From: a virus
Taxonomy: Duplodnaviria; Heunggongvirae; Uroviricota; Caudoviricetes
Virus record (IMG/VR): IMGVR_UViG_3300021310_000004
DNA length: 64,000 nt
Direction: 5' to 3' (one strand)
The notes beneath the pieces are model-generated. The model had not been told where the DNA came from. It did no database searches and was given only the letters and a program-made list of their open reading frames with translations. A program made the position numbers and the translations under genes. Below, in pieces: positions 29,616-39,348 of the stretch. How positions within the stretch are numbered: the first letter of the stretch is position 1; the number at the start of each line of letters is the position of its first letter.

Positions 29616-29714
29616 AATTTATGCATCCTTTCTATAGATGCACTAAATATGAAGAGTGTTTTTGGAAACTAAAAAAAAAAGAACCCTGCATATAGCAAGG
29701 TTCCTTTCCTTTTG

Positions 29715-30467
29715 TTATGAAACACGTTCTTTTGTAGCTTCCCAAAACGCACCGAGATTTCGAATGTCGCCAAGGTTTCCAAAGTCTTTGTCCACCCGGA
29801 ATCGCTTCATTGGTCTCTCCAACTTGTTCTGCAATTCAATCAATCGATCCCAATACTCCGGCATATACAGCCAGATGTTATAGAGCTCTTTTTGATTCTT
29901 ATTACAGCAGCACCAGCAGGAGACTCTGTCCAGGATTCGATATAAATCGATTCCATTCTCCGTCCAATGAATACCATGATTCCAACAGTAGTTCAAAGCT
30001 TCAGATTCGATTACGCCCCATTCCGCTAGAGGAGCTCTTTTGTAATCCTCCATACGCTCCAAACGTTTCGGCTCGTCGGCTGCGATTCCTATGTATACGA
30101 TCGCATTCTGCTCCTTTGCATAACGGTCCAGTGCATTTAACTTATCTCTGGTACCCCAGCGGCATAAGCCTCCGCACCAACCGTATCCGTAATGGTCACC
30201 CTTTTGTTTCGAATGAACTGGTTTCTCAAGCATATCGTACATAAATGGACGTTCCGGTTTTAATTCCACATATTTGATGCCGTTTGCTTCCAGGATCGGA
30301 AGAATCTGGTCTCTTACATGATAAATCGCATTGAATTCCATTCCTGTATCGTAGAATACCACTTCGTCGAGCGGATAATTCTTTTCGATCAGCATAAGAA
30401 CCATTGCGACGGAATCTTTACCAAAACTTACGCTTGCTACATGTTTTCTTGTCTCATTTGTTGTCAT
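29715..30467 (-). CDS. PAPS-reductase family PP-loop protein (short form)
   Basis: SVSFGKDS PP-loop. Confidence 0.55.
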   Translation of the reverse strand: MTTNETRKHVASVSFGKDSVAMVLMLIEKNYPLDEVVFYDTGMEFNAIYHVRDQILPILEANGIKYVELKPERPFMYDMLEKPVHSKQKGDHYGYGWCGGLCRWGTRDKLNALDRYAKEQNAIVYIGIAADEPKRLERMEDYKRAPLAEWGVIESEALNYCWNHGIHWTENGIDLYRILDRVSCWCCCNKNQKELYNIWLYMPEYWDRLIELQNKLERPMKRFRVDKDFGNLGDIRNLGAFWEATKERVS

Positions 30468-30555
30468 AAACACCACTAACGAATCAATTCGTTCGTGGAT
30501 AGTAAGATCAGCTGGCGTTTTTTAGCATACTTTAATGCCGTAGCCAAGCGTGTGC

Positions 30556-30700
30556 TTGACTATTTGTTTCTCATCAGGCAACCCGATTTATCTTACTTTA
30601 TACTGCTCTCTAGTTTACTTTACCCTCACAGCAACCTCGATTTATCGAGGACTCGTTTATTCCTTTCTGCCACATCGGGCAATTACTTTGTTGATCATAA
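30556..30700 (-). promoter_or_regulatory. structured leader with 13-codon mini-ORF (MINKVIARCGRKE) and hairpin CCTCGATAAATCGAGG between class B motif (30733-30750) and the PAPS-reductase-like gene
   Basis: read directly; 270-nt gap between promoter motif and CDS. Confidence 0.3.
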
Positions 30701-30799
30701 TTTTGACTCCTTTCATGAGTTATTATGATTAGTTACGTTGTTAAATATGGAACGAAAAATGCAAATAAAAAGAAGCCACAATGGGCTTCTTTTTGTTAG

Positions 30800-31441
30800 T
30801 TACATCATCTCCTTGTTCGTTTCCACCTGATTGTAAAACACGTCAGTAACGATCTCGTATAAGCTTGTACCTTTGAACGTGTCTAATTGATTCTTATCCG
30901 CAGTTCTGATCTCATCATCCGACATCAAATGAACAATTGGAATATCTTCGCTATACGCAATAGAATTGATATCTTTTTTGTATTCACATCGATTATTCCA
31001 GTCGTACCTAATTTGATCAGAATCCAAATTGCTTAAAGCAACGGAAAATACCACAACTTCTTCATCCCTATAAGAATCTGCGTGTTTTGCATACCAAATT
31101 GCAGCATCCGGATTAAGCGCCAGATATAAACAGTTATCCATATTCATTCCCTTAAAGTTGGACGGACAGCCGCGCTTTAATCCTTCGTTTCTGATTGCCT
31201 CTAGATTCTTTATACTGGTTGCATGATATAGTTTCAGTGTCTTCGGACACTCAATACTATTCTCGAATAAACAGTTCTTGCAAAGACCGGTATTATATGT
31301 GCACTTCACACAAGACACCTTTTTCATGCCACAATCGTCTGCAATACCAGAGCCATACGTGGAGTCTACCGCTTCGTACTGAGCATTTGGACAATTACCA
31401 TTGGTACACTCGGGAGCACAAAAACATTTACATCTTTCCAT
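30800..31441 (-). CDS. Cys-rich zinc-finger N-terminus fused to a KptA/Tpt1-like ADP-ribosyltransferase-fold domain
   Basis: LYHATSIKNLEAIRNEGL resembles Tpt1 LYHGT...GL NAD-binding motif; TAGGAGG RBS. Confidence 0.4.
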   Translation of the reverse strand: MERCKCFCAPECTNGNCPNAQYEAVDSTYGSGIADDCGMKKVSCVKCTYNTGLCKNCLFENSIECPKTLKLYHATSIKNLEAIRNEGLKRGCPSNFKGMNMDNCLYLALNPDAAIWYAKHADSYRDEEVVVFSVALSNLDSDQIRYDWNNRCEYKKDINSIAYSEDIPIVHLMSDDEIRTADKNQLDTFKGTSLYEIVTDVFYNQVETNKEMM

Positions 31442-31451
31442 GTTGTGCCTC

Positions 31452-32408
31452 CTAACCGAACACAATCTCATTAAAGAGGGCGTACTGAATGATCATATCA
31501 GCAACGGTAGCATCCACGTTGCAAGTCTCGATATAATGCTTACCTGCATGGCCATTATTGTCTGAAACGTCAACAATTTCGTACGGCTTATTCGGATCAT
31601 TTAAGTACATGGATAATCCATGTAAGAATTTCTCTTTGTTAAGCTCATATTCCTTTGTATCAGCCTCATCAAACGACTCGATAAGATGAATCTTAAGTGA
31701 TCCGCCACGAGAAATCTGGTCGGATGCATAGTTGCCAAGATGCTTACCAACGACTGACGCCTTGTTGCACCAATAATTGATACCACCTTCTAGAGCACAT
31801 GCCATAATATCATCGATATCTTCGTCCGTATAAGATACCTGCTGATTTACCATCAAAATTTGGCCTCCCAGCTTCGCATCTCCATCGGAACCGAAATGAA
31901 CAACAATATGGTGGCCATCGTGTAACAACATCTCGCCATCGTGGCACATCTGCAAACACTCGATTAACAATTCGACTTCACGCTTAACAAACACGTGCTT
32001 CTTTGGATCGCCCTTAATCTTCTTGTTCAAGATCATACCGGTAAGCGTATCCTTGATGCCATGAATATTATTCGCAATTACAAGATCCTCTAGACTCATG
32101 TATTTTACAGACTGAGTTACGATACCATGTTCGTCTTCAACGACAAAGTACATCTCGGGGTCACCAGTGGCATTCAATATGTCTCTTAAAGCAGCAGACA
32201 GCTCTTCGTCTGGCAAATCGATGCAAAGATCCGGAACGTAATAAGCAATACCATCATCGATTCTTGGCTCTGCTATTGTACCGTCTTTCATTGTTAATGC
32301 GTTTTCCAGGGATTCAACAGAAATCTGAACGACTTCCCCATCGATATCCAAAATTCGGGTCGGATATGAAGTACCCATATAAGTGATGCTTTCATAATTC
32401 TTTTCCAT
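31452..32408 (-). CDS. hypothetical protein
   Basis: ORF with class B upstream block. Confidence 0.5.
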   Translation of the reverse strand: MEKNYESITYMGTSYPTRILDIDGEVVQISVESLENALTMKDGTIAEPRIDDGIAYYVPDLCIDLPDEELSAALRDILNATGDPEMYFVVEDEHGIVTQSVKYMSLEDLVIANNIHGIKDTLTGMILNKKIKGDPKKHVFVKREVELLIECLQMCHDGEMLLHDGHHIVVHFGSDGDAKLGGQILMVNQQVSYTDEDIDDIMACALEGGINYWCNKASVVGKHLGNYASDQISRGGSLKIHLIESFDEADTKEYELNKEKFLHGLSMYLNDPNKPYEIVDVSDNNGHAGKHYIETCNVDATVADMIIQYALFNEIVFG

Positions 32409-32438
32409 ATATAGTCTCCTTTCATTGACGTATATAAA

Positions 32439-32456
32439 GTTACGAATTAAATATGG
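32439..32456 (-). promoter_or_regulatory. class B motif (CCATATTTAATTCGTAAC minus-sense)
   Basis: near-identical to copy at 25965. Confidence 0.5.
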
Positions 32457-32506
32457 AGCATTATTTCAAAAAGAAAAGAGCCGGCAAATGACCAGCTCCA
32501 ATCATG

Positions 32507-33013
32507 TTATTCGATTTCCATTTCTTTGGTCATCTCGCGTGAATACTCATTTACAGATCTTCTAAAAAAGCTGTAAAACATTGCGTATTCCTCGGCATCC
32601 GTACACCATTCGAATCCAATTTTCCGGTAGAACTCACCCAAAAGGTCGTACAAAACAGTTAAGTAAATGACGGTATCTATGCCATCAGTGTATAACTTGT
32701 TAACTACAACAGTTGCCACGAGTTGAGCGCCAACCCCAAGGCCTCTACATGACGGCTTAACGTATACGTCAGAAAGCATTAACGCCTCGTTGGAATAAAG
32801 GGCATGACTTTCAATCATTTCACCACAATCATCTGCGTTTCCGATTGTGCAATAGCCAATCATTTCATCTCCTCGAAATATACCATAAGCGTAATCCTCG
32901 GCATAATCATTTTCGCCGTTAAACCACTGGCTTACATCGTTTCCGGATAATTCATCCATCTGTTCAATCAGCGTTTTATCCGAAAAAGATAACGCTCTAA
33001 CCAAACATTCCAT
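32507..33013 (-). CDS. GNAT family N-acetyltransferase
   Basis: VYVKPSCRGLGVGAQLV acetyl-CoA-binding motif. Confidence 0.65.
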   Translation of the reverse strand: MECLVRALSFSDKTLIEQMDELSGNDVSQWFNGENDYAEDYAYGIFRGDEMIGYCTIGNADDCGEMIESHALYSNEALMLSDVYVKPSCRGLGVGAQLVATVVVNKLYTDGIDTVIYLTVLYDLLGEFYRKIGFEWCTDAEEYAMFYSFFRRSVNEYSREMTKEMEIE

Positions 33014-33157
33014 AACTTATTCTCCTTTCATTATGAGTGATTTTTTTGTTACAAATTAAATATGAGACTTAATGTATGCATAAAAAAAATACACCCGAAA
33101 TTATCGAGTGTATTTGTAAATGTTACTTATAGCGCAGATTGGTTCTTTTTGATCACG

Positions 33158-34012
33158 TTACATGTGTGTGCCAGTCCCAAGAGCAGCGATAATATCATCG
33201 CGTCTTACAATCTCCTTGTGTGTATAGTTTTCTGTAGATGCATCTCCATAGCTCATAATCACGGCGTCCATTTCACCTTCATCATCAGCTGTTCGATATC
33301 CGGCGTCTTCATATACGGACACGTAAGCCATATCGATTTCATCTTCGTATGCTGCCGGTTGAAGCATTACACAAATGCCAGGCTGTCCCGGATCAATTGA
33401 GTGGTACGCATTAAGGACACCTGCACTTGTCTGGACCTGCATATCTGGCACCTGTGCAAGTAATGTATGAGTATAGGTCTCATAATATGCAATCATCTTA
33501 TCACTCGAACTCATAGAAGCTAATAAACGTTTCATGTAATATGGATCCGCATATTCATTTTCAATAAATTCGTCATAACAAGCCCATAATGAACCGAAAC
33601 CGAAGCCCGATTCATCAAATTCTTCATAAGCACACTCCATGGCGTGCTCAGCGCATGATGTTGTACTGATTGAATAGTTTTCTTCAACCTGTGAAACGAT
33701 TGATTTTTTAATCTCTCTAAAGAAGTCCTGAATGTTCAATCCATGAGAAAGCATCCAATCGAGCTGATAAGCCATATAACACTTTTTCTTGAACTCATCT
33801 TCCGGCATGATCTTTTCTTCTGTGTTTTTGCTTTTGATATTGCGTTCAGTAATTCGCTCGTTAGACACCTCACCTTCTGGGATTGCCTTAAAATACAGGT
33901 TCATATCTGTATCCATTATTGTAGCAAAATCGACAAGCGCATCGCCTGCAGACTCCGCTTCAAATACCTCTGATTTATAATCACTTTTTGGTACAATTAC
34001 ATATTTCTCCAT
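33158..34012 (-). CDS. hypothetical acidic protein (start refined to MEKYVIV)
   Basis: GAAAGGAGAATAAAAACAAAG-ATG. Confidence 0.45.
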   Translation of the reverse strand: MEKYVIVPKSDYKSEVFEAESAGDALVDFATIMDTDMNLYFKAIPEGEVSNERITERNIKSKNTEEKIMPEDEFKKKCYMAYQLDWMLSHGLNIQDFFREIKKSIVSQVEENYSISTTSCAEHAMECAYEEFDESGFGFGSLWACYDEFIENEYADPYYMKRLLASMSSSDKMIAYYETYTHTLLAQVPDMQVQTSAGVLNAYHSIDPGQPGICVMLQPAAYEDEIDMAYVSVYEDAGYRTADDEGEMDAVIMSYGDASTENYTHKEIVRRDDIIAALGTGTHM

Positions 34013-34156
34013 CTTTGTTTTTATTCTCCTTTCTGCGATGGTAATAGTTTTGTTACGGATTAAATATGAGCAAGGTAAATGGCACAAAAAAAAAGAGGCC
34101 CGAAGGCCTCAATTCATGAATGGAGAACTTAACGTGCGGTCTGCACGCTAAGCAAG

Positions 34157-34229
34157 ACGCAGAGGTAGGAATCGAACCTACGACCTCCAGGTTATGAGCC
34201 TGGCGAGCTGCCGCTGCTCCACTCTGCAA
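34157..34229 (-). tRNA. tRNA-Met(CAT) family
   Basis: loop CTCATAA. Confidence 0.55.
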
Positions 34230-34323
34230 CATTGGCACCAAATCATTGGTACCAACATGAGAATGCCCGCAAATTCAATAACATTGCGGATTTGGCTAGA
34301 AGTATTTGCACTTTTATTGTGCA

Positions 34324-34395
34324 GTGACTCTTACGGGAATCGAACCCATGTTACCGCCGTGAAAGGACGATGTCTTAACCGCTTGACCAAAGAGC
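34324..34395 (-). tRNA. tRNA-like, Glu-type (TTC reading), anticodon stem imperfect
   Basis: loop region CTTTCAC; D-arm TGGTCAAGCGGTTAAGACA. Confidence 0.35.
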
Positions 34396-34535
34396 CAGAA
34401 GGCGGTACCACTGCCGCGTTAATACCGTAGCAGAGGTACCAATTTTGTTAAAAGTAAGTAGTGCATTATACCTATTTAGTCATTATTGCAATGCGTTGGG
34501 GGAGGTGAGAAAATTCGCACCGCAACAACAACGAA

Positions 34536-34621
34536 CGCAGTATCCAGGATTCGAACCTGGAAACCGATTGCTCGGATGGCGGATTTCGAATCCGCTGCTG
34601 TACCAATTGAGCCAATACTGC
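34536..34621 (-). tRNA. tRNA-Ser(CGA), type II
   Basis: perfect acceptor GCAGTAT/ATACTGC; loop TTCGAAA; long variable arm. Confidence 0.55.
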
Positions 34622-34805
34622 ATATGCAATCCATAAAAACACCCTTCACGTCCTAATACTTACGACGATCAATCGAATTCCGGATTGCGATACCGAGTAG
34701 CACCATTTGTTCGAACCGCAGGTGATATCGGTATCAATTTTTCTGAAAGTATTACGCAAAGCGGTTCTCGGAATAACGCACTTCGCATCTTTCTATTAGG
34801 ATGAA

Positions 34806-34900
34806 AACGCCGGCCATAGGACTTGAACCTATATCAGGGACCATATAGTGGTTTGATCTCCAAGAGCCAGCATAAGCAATAGACTTTCGCCTTACCACAC
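34806..34900 (-). ncRNA. tRNA-like fragment / structured element (T-arm ATAGGTTCAAGTCCTAT, no matching acceptor)
   Basis: T-loop consensus without complete cloverleaf. Confidence 0.2.
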
Positions 34901-35420
34901 TACAACTATCTTTATTCGGCCACCACTCGCAAAGGCTGAACCACACCAACGTCTCGGCATAGCTTCTTTACGGCCATCCGTAAACGGACAGCTACCATGG
35001 ACGGGAATCACATTACCCGCAACGTTCACCAGACATTCAGCTATACTGTAAAGATCTGTTATTATCCCTTGAATATCATATCTTCGGAAACTGACATATG
35101 GCTACTTGCTCTTATCCTCCGTGTTATAGGCTTGTTGCCAAACCATCAAATCAAACGGACTTGTTTTGGTTTTCCCTACTGTTTGCACGATGACCAGTCG
35201 CCGCATATAGGGTTCTTCTCTTCTCGAGCGTCTATTGCGTCCGCCACTAAGGACAAAGCTTTAAGTAAAGTTGTATCGCAGCACTGCAAACCTCTTTTCC
35301 GTTTTACCGGATTCGCGAATATTTGTTACCAAATACCACACTCCTAAACGATCAACGTAATCCGTAGTTCGTTCGAAGACTAAGGTCTGCATCCATGCAC
35401 AGAGTCAGTGTCATACACAT

Positions 35421-35508
35421 GGTTATTGCTAGTGGAATTATTAGGATTCGAACCTAGATGCTAAACATCCTTGTTTTGCACCACCCACCAATAGAGCGAT
35501 AATCCCAT
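35421..35508 (-). ncRNA. tRNA-like element with 9-bp/4-nt-loop hairpin in place of anticodon arm
   Basis: acceptor GGGATTA/TAATTCC, T-arm TTCGAATCC, internal TGCAAAACAaggaTGTTTAGCA. Confidence 0.3.
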
Positions 35509-35584
35509 ATGACTTTTGGTAAAGCAGATGTCGAACTGCTAAGGTAATTATGAAAAAAGAAACACGCATCAAACTGGATGCATA

Positions 35585-35617
35585 TATAAATATGATTCGA
35601 ATTTTTGGAAACTAAAA
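35585..35617 (-). promoter_or_regulatory. class B extended motif (TTTAGTTTCCAAAA-N9-CATATTTATA minus-sense)
   Basis: same architecture at 29645, 36746, 58346, 59776. Confidence 0.45.
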
Positions 35618-35618
35618 A

Positions 35619-36698
35619 CTAATCTTCTTCTACTTCGATTCCATGATCAGAGAGCTTCTTTTTCAGCTTATTAATTTCCTCCTGAAGCTTTCGATTCTCA
35701 ATACGAAGCTCATTGTTCTTGATTGTCTTTTCATCAAGAAGATCCTTCGCATTTGGCTTATCGTCCTTAAATACTTCTTCGTACTTCTGTTCGAACGAAG
35801 AAATACGCTTCTCAGAAACACCACTAGCTTCAAGCAGCAGCACAACCGTATTCTTATCCAGATCCTCATTCACGCTCTCACCAAGGCACTCACGTTCAGC
35901 AATATACTCACTAAGAGTTTCCTGGATATCTAACAACGTATCGTCATTGTCATCCTCAGTGGAAGGACCGGCCACAATCTGTTCAAAAGCTGTACGCTTC
36001 TGATCCGATGTATATCGACCCTCAACTCCGAGCCCATTTACCCAGAATTCTGTATGCGGTTCCTTTGCATTCTTCGTGTAGCACAAGATGCTATGAATAT
36101 CTGCGCTTCTATCATTGAATGCCGGGAATAAGAATCCAGTGTTTACGGCTCCAACAACCCAGTCGCGTTCTCTCGCACCAATATTATCCTTATCGGTTCT
36201 GTAACTAAGGCCAGGCTTAGATAAATCGACCGGACAAATCGCACACAAGATATGATCGTATACGACCTCGGATTCATCCAGTGCTAAATTATCGGTCGTC
36301 TTAGTTGGGACATCATATACGTCATGGAAAAGTACAATCAAATAATTGCCGACGTAATCAAAGGTCTCAATCACATGATCGTAAAACGCATCTAAAACAG
36401 CGTCGTCGCGAAGCCTAGACTCTCTCAAACTCATAAGAATCTTATGTTCCTCACCATTCAGCTCAGCCTCGGTTGTATACTCCAGGTTCATCAAGTTGTT
36501 GTTAATCTTTCCGGATAAGCACTTGTTCGCAATCTCAAGGAACTTAAAGAATTCCTCATCCTCCAGATTCAACATTGTGTTTCCAAACGTAGTAACCTTT
36601 TCTTTGCCGGCGTTAACATAGCAGCCACACACACGATCAATACTGCAGCTTTCCTTTTTTAACCGGCGCTTCAATTCCAGCACTTCTTTGTGATTCAT
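35619..36698 (-). CDS. DUF4317 family protein
   Basis: N-terminal MNHKEVLELKRRLKKESCSIDRVCGCYVN resembles DUF4317 N-termini; AGAAAGGAA RBS. Confidence 0.5.
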   Translation of the reverse strand: MNHKEVLELKRRLKKESCSIDRVCGCYVNAGKEKVTTFGNTMLNLEDEEFFKFLEIANKCLSGKINNNLMNLEYTTEAELNGEEHKILMSLRESRLRDDAVLDAFYDHVIETFDYVGNYLIVLFHDVYDVPTKTTDNLALDESEVVYDHILCAICPVDLSKPGLSYRTDKDNIGARERDWVVGAVNTGFLFPAFNDRSADIHSILCYTKNAKEPHTEFWVNGLGVEGRYTSDQKRTAFEQIVAGPSTEDDNDDTLLDIQETLSEYIAERECLGESVNEDLDKNTVVLLLEASGVSEKRISSFEQKYEEVFKDDKPNAKDLLDEKTIKNNELRIENRKLQEEINKLKKKLSDHGIEVEED

Positions 36699-36788
36699 AG
36701 AAATTCCTTTCTGCAATAAAAGTCCGGCTTGCTTGCCGGCATTAATAAATATGCTAATGACTTTCGGAAACTAAAAGTTTCCAAAGAG

Positions 36789-36860
36789 CTGGGCATACTG
36801 GATTCGAACCAGTGAATGCGGGAATCAAAATCCCGTGCCTTACCGCTTGGCGAATGCCCA
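36789..36860 (-). tRNA. tRNA-Gln(TTG)
   Basis: acceptor TGGGCAT/ATGCCCA; loop TTTTGAT; Gln-type D-arm. Confidence 0.65.
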
Positions 36861-36923
36861 ATACCGACTTTTGATAAGGCAGATGTCGAACTGCCTCATG
36901 TATATATTCATGAAAGGAGAAAG

Positions 36924-36996
36924 AGCTTACGATCAGACTCGAACTGACGACCTACTGATTACGAATCAGTTGCGCTACCAACTGCGCCACGTAAGC
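36924..36996 (-). tRNA. tRNA-Thr(CGT)
   Basis: loop TTCGTAA. Confidence 0.6.
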
Positions 36997-37097
36997 ACGA
37001 ACCGTTTGGTTAGTGTGTAAACGGTCAAAACCACGAAATATATTAATGAATGAAAGGAGATCAATATCGATATCCCTGCTTAGTTCATATCGATAAG

Positions 37098-37190
37098 TCG
37101 GAGAAGTAGGAATCGAACCCACGCAGCGTAACATACGCAGTCGGCTCACTGCCGGCCCCCGTTTCCAATTACGGGAATATTCTCCAAAGG
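37098..37190 (-). tRNA. tRNA-like (about 90 nt), anticodon undetermined
   Basis: T-arm GTGGGTTCGATTCCTAC; D-arm CCCGTAATTGGAAACGGG. Confidence 0.3.
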
Positions 37191-37348
37191 AGGTGTCCGC
37201 CTGTAACGGGTAAGCCAATGTATGAAAGGAGGCGGCTTAGGTTGAATTTCACTGAAAAACTATTTTAATGTGACAGATAAACATTATAGAAATCGTAGAC
37301 AATTATCACTGGCAGAGATACTTGCATTCCTTGTTTATCATTACAATA

Positions 37349-37384
37349 CTAATACGTATCATTGAGAGCCATTTTGTGACAAAC
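37349..37384 (-). promoter_or_regulatory. class A bipartite motif upstream of tRNA block
   Basis: TAATACGTATCATTG-N8-TTTTGTGACAAAC. Confidence 0.5.
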
Positions 37385-37392
37385 TTTTGAAA

Positions 37393-37914
37393 TTATTCGT
37401 GAAGATTAATTCCAGGCACCTGAACATAGTATTCTGATGGCAAATAGATGACATCTGTTTCCGTCTGGAAAAGGTTCCACGACTCCATAGTCTTTGCCCT
37501 AAATGGGCCTAATTGCTTGTAATTGATTGTACGAACCACGTACATAGTATCTCCATCTGTCTCTTTTACATGATTATGCAGGTTACTAAGCTGCGTGATA
37601 CTTGCAAAGAACTTATCGGTTCGATTTATTTTATTTCCCATCATCCCGTCTTCTTTGAAGTCAAACGCTACATATTCACCAGCTCTAACATTCGATGGAT
37701 AACATTCTACGGAATCAATCTCATGCTTTACGGTTTCAGTCTTCGTTGGCGTTGTACACATAGCGATACCTAGTACTGCCATCGCAATTGTGATGCAGAT
37801 GAGCGGGATTCCAAAACACTTTGGAACGAATTCACCTGCTGCGCATCCCCACATTCCAACGATAAACCATGCAATTAAAATTGCAGCTACAATATATCCA
37901 ATATACATTTTCAA
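37393..37914 (-). CDS. membrane protein (hypothetical)
   Basis: two N-terminal TM helices. Confidence 0.45.
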   Translation of the reverse strand: MKMYIGYIVAAILIAWFIVGMWGCAAGEFVPKCFGIPLICITIAMAVLGIAMCTTPTKTETVKHEIDSVECYPSNVRAGEYVAFDFKEDGMMGNKINRTDKFFASITQLSNLHNHVKETDGDTMYVVRTINYKQLGPFRAKTMESWNLFQTETDVIYLPSEYYVQVPGINLHE

Positions 37915-37931
37915 GTCCTCCTAGATCTTAA

Positions 37932-38090
37932 TTATTCCCAGATACATCCTTCTAAATTGTTCTTAGCGGGGTGTCTCCGCGATTTACGATTCACAGGCTT
38001 ACCATTCCGAAAATACATCTTTCCGTTCTTGTCCTTGAATCTTAAACAACTGGCAACCTGAGTGCCGTTTCTTTTAATTGGCGGTGCCAT
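37932..38090 (-). CDS. small basic protein (52 aa), not in the supplied ORF track
   Basis: GGAGGATTAAAAA-ATG; downstream of class A copy 6. Confidence 0.4.
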   Translation of the reverse strand: MAPPIKRNGTQVASCLRFKDKNGKMYFRNGKPVNRKSRRHPAKNNLEGCIWE

Positions 38091-38119
38091 TTTTTAATCC
38101 TCCAAATCGAATTTATATA

Positions 38120-38167
38120 TAAAATACGTATCATTCGACCGGCATTTGTGACAAAATAAATATGACC
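38120..38167 (-). promoter_or_regulatory. class A bipartite motif
   Basis: AAATACGTATCATTCG-N8-TTTGTGACAAAATAAATATG. Confidence 0.45.
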
Positions 38168-38235
38168 ACATTTTTTGAAAACCAAACTTAGGCCCATAAA
38201 AAAAGAAGCGTCATAACAACGCTTCTTTTCTCCGG

Positions 38236-38529
38236 TTAAATACGGCCGTATTCGCACATCGGCTTGTCACCCTGGTTTTTATCGAGCGGATCAAACGGCT
38301 GTCCTATTCGACACTTATGTGGCTCGTACCAATTGCAATTCTTACAGGTCGCGAAATGACGTCCGATCGCAAACACCATCTCTTTCATGCAGTTGTCGCA
38401 AACAATAAATGTCTCGTCGCTATACTTCCGCTCCTTGCAACCACACATTTCAATCGCCTGGTTTGTTGGTTGCCCGCAAAACTGGCACGGCAATACCGCA
38501 GCGAATTTTTCAATGCTCACAAATGACAT
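38236..38529 (-). CDS. zinc-ribbon protein
   Basis: GGAGGATTAGAT-ATG; CQFCG...CGCKE...CDNC...CKNC. Confidence 0.45.
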   Translation of the reverse strand: MSFVSIEKFAAVLPCQFCGQPTNQAIEMCGCKERKYSDETFIVCDNCMKEMVFAIGRHFATCKNCNWYEPHKCRIGQPFDPLDKNQGDKPMCEYGRI

Positions 38530-38545
38530 ATCTAATCCTCCAGAA

Positions 38546-38746
38546 TTATTCAATACTCCATCCATCACAATTAAGGACGCGCTTTACACGTTCCATCGAT
38601 GCCTTTGTTGGCTTTATGCGGTCGCCAGAACTCATTATTATACGATCTTCTGCTACATCAACATAGGCAATCTGATTGAAGTTTACAACAAGCAAATCGC
38701 CATTCATTCTTTTGATTCCAATAAAGTATCTATTTATGCTATCCAT
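38546..38746 (-). CDS. small hypothetical protein
   Basis: ATGAAAGGAGAATAA RBS block. Confidence 0.45.
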   Translation of the reverse strand: MDSINRYFIGIKRMNGDLLVVNFNQIAYVDVAEDRIIMSSGDRIKPTKASMERVKRVLNCDGWSIE

Positions 38747-38818
38747 AATTTATTCTCCTTTCATCTTATGGCTCAATATTATTCTTGTTAAATATGGACC
38801 AATTAGATGCGGAGCAAA

Positions 38819-39301
38819 TTATTCGCTTATCATTACCGTAGGCTTATATATGGTAAGCTTTTCATCATCGCTAATAGCAATGTGATACGAATCATCATTT
38901 GATGGAAGTATCCACGCCTTTGTGAAGAATAATTGTATCGTGGCCTCTTCATTGGATTCATCAATATATGTAATTCTATTTACATCTACTGTTTGTTCGT
39001 CACGATACTGACTTCTGGTTAACTCAACATCAACAGAAACAATCTTCCTATTTGGAATGGTTTCTGCAATCATGGTTAATTCATCGTTTATTCCATTAGA
39101 ACGAAAATTCCAGGCTAAAATTGTACTGATTAATGTTACGACAAAAAGCGCTACAACTATTACTCTAAATCCTATTGATTTTTTAGAATCAAGTCTCCAC
39201 GTTTGGTCAGCTATATGAAATGCCAAGATCGTAGCAAGGAATACAACCCCAACGAAAGTGCTCACTAAAGCCAATATGTAAAACAAACAATCTTTATACA
39301 T
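38819..39301 (-). CDS. membrane protein (hypothetical)
   Basis: TM helices. Confidence 0.45.
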   Translation of the reverse strand: MYKDCLFYILALVSTFVGVVFLATILAFHIADQTWRLDSKKSIGFRVIVVALFVVTLISTILAWNFRSNGINDELTMIAETIPNRKIVSVDVELTRSQYRDEQTVDVNRITYIDESNEEATIQLFFTKAWILPSNDDSYHIAISDDEKLTIYKPTVMISE

Positions 39302-39348
39302 AACTAAACCTCTTTTGCTAATCTGCTGTTCAAACGAATAATATGCAT

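Noticed and set aside
35619-36716. Original ORF-track start (MQKGISMNHK...) and similar long N-terminal extensions at 144..755, 848..1708, 27910..28518, 30800..31471, 46963..48300, 49841..51316, 55630..56445, 57118..57462, 57552..58328 and 58405..59208
   Set aside because: Internal ATGs preceded 6-10 nt by AGGAGG-type sites, often the conserved ATGAAAGGAGA block, give better starts. Several track starts are GTG/TTG or are themselves the RBS sequence.
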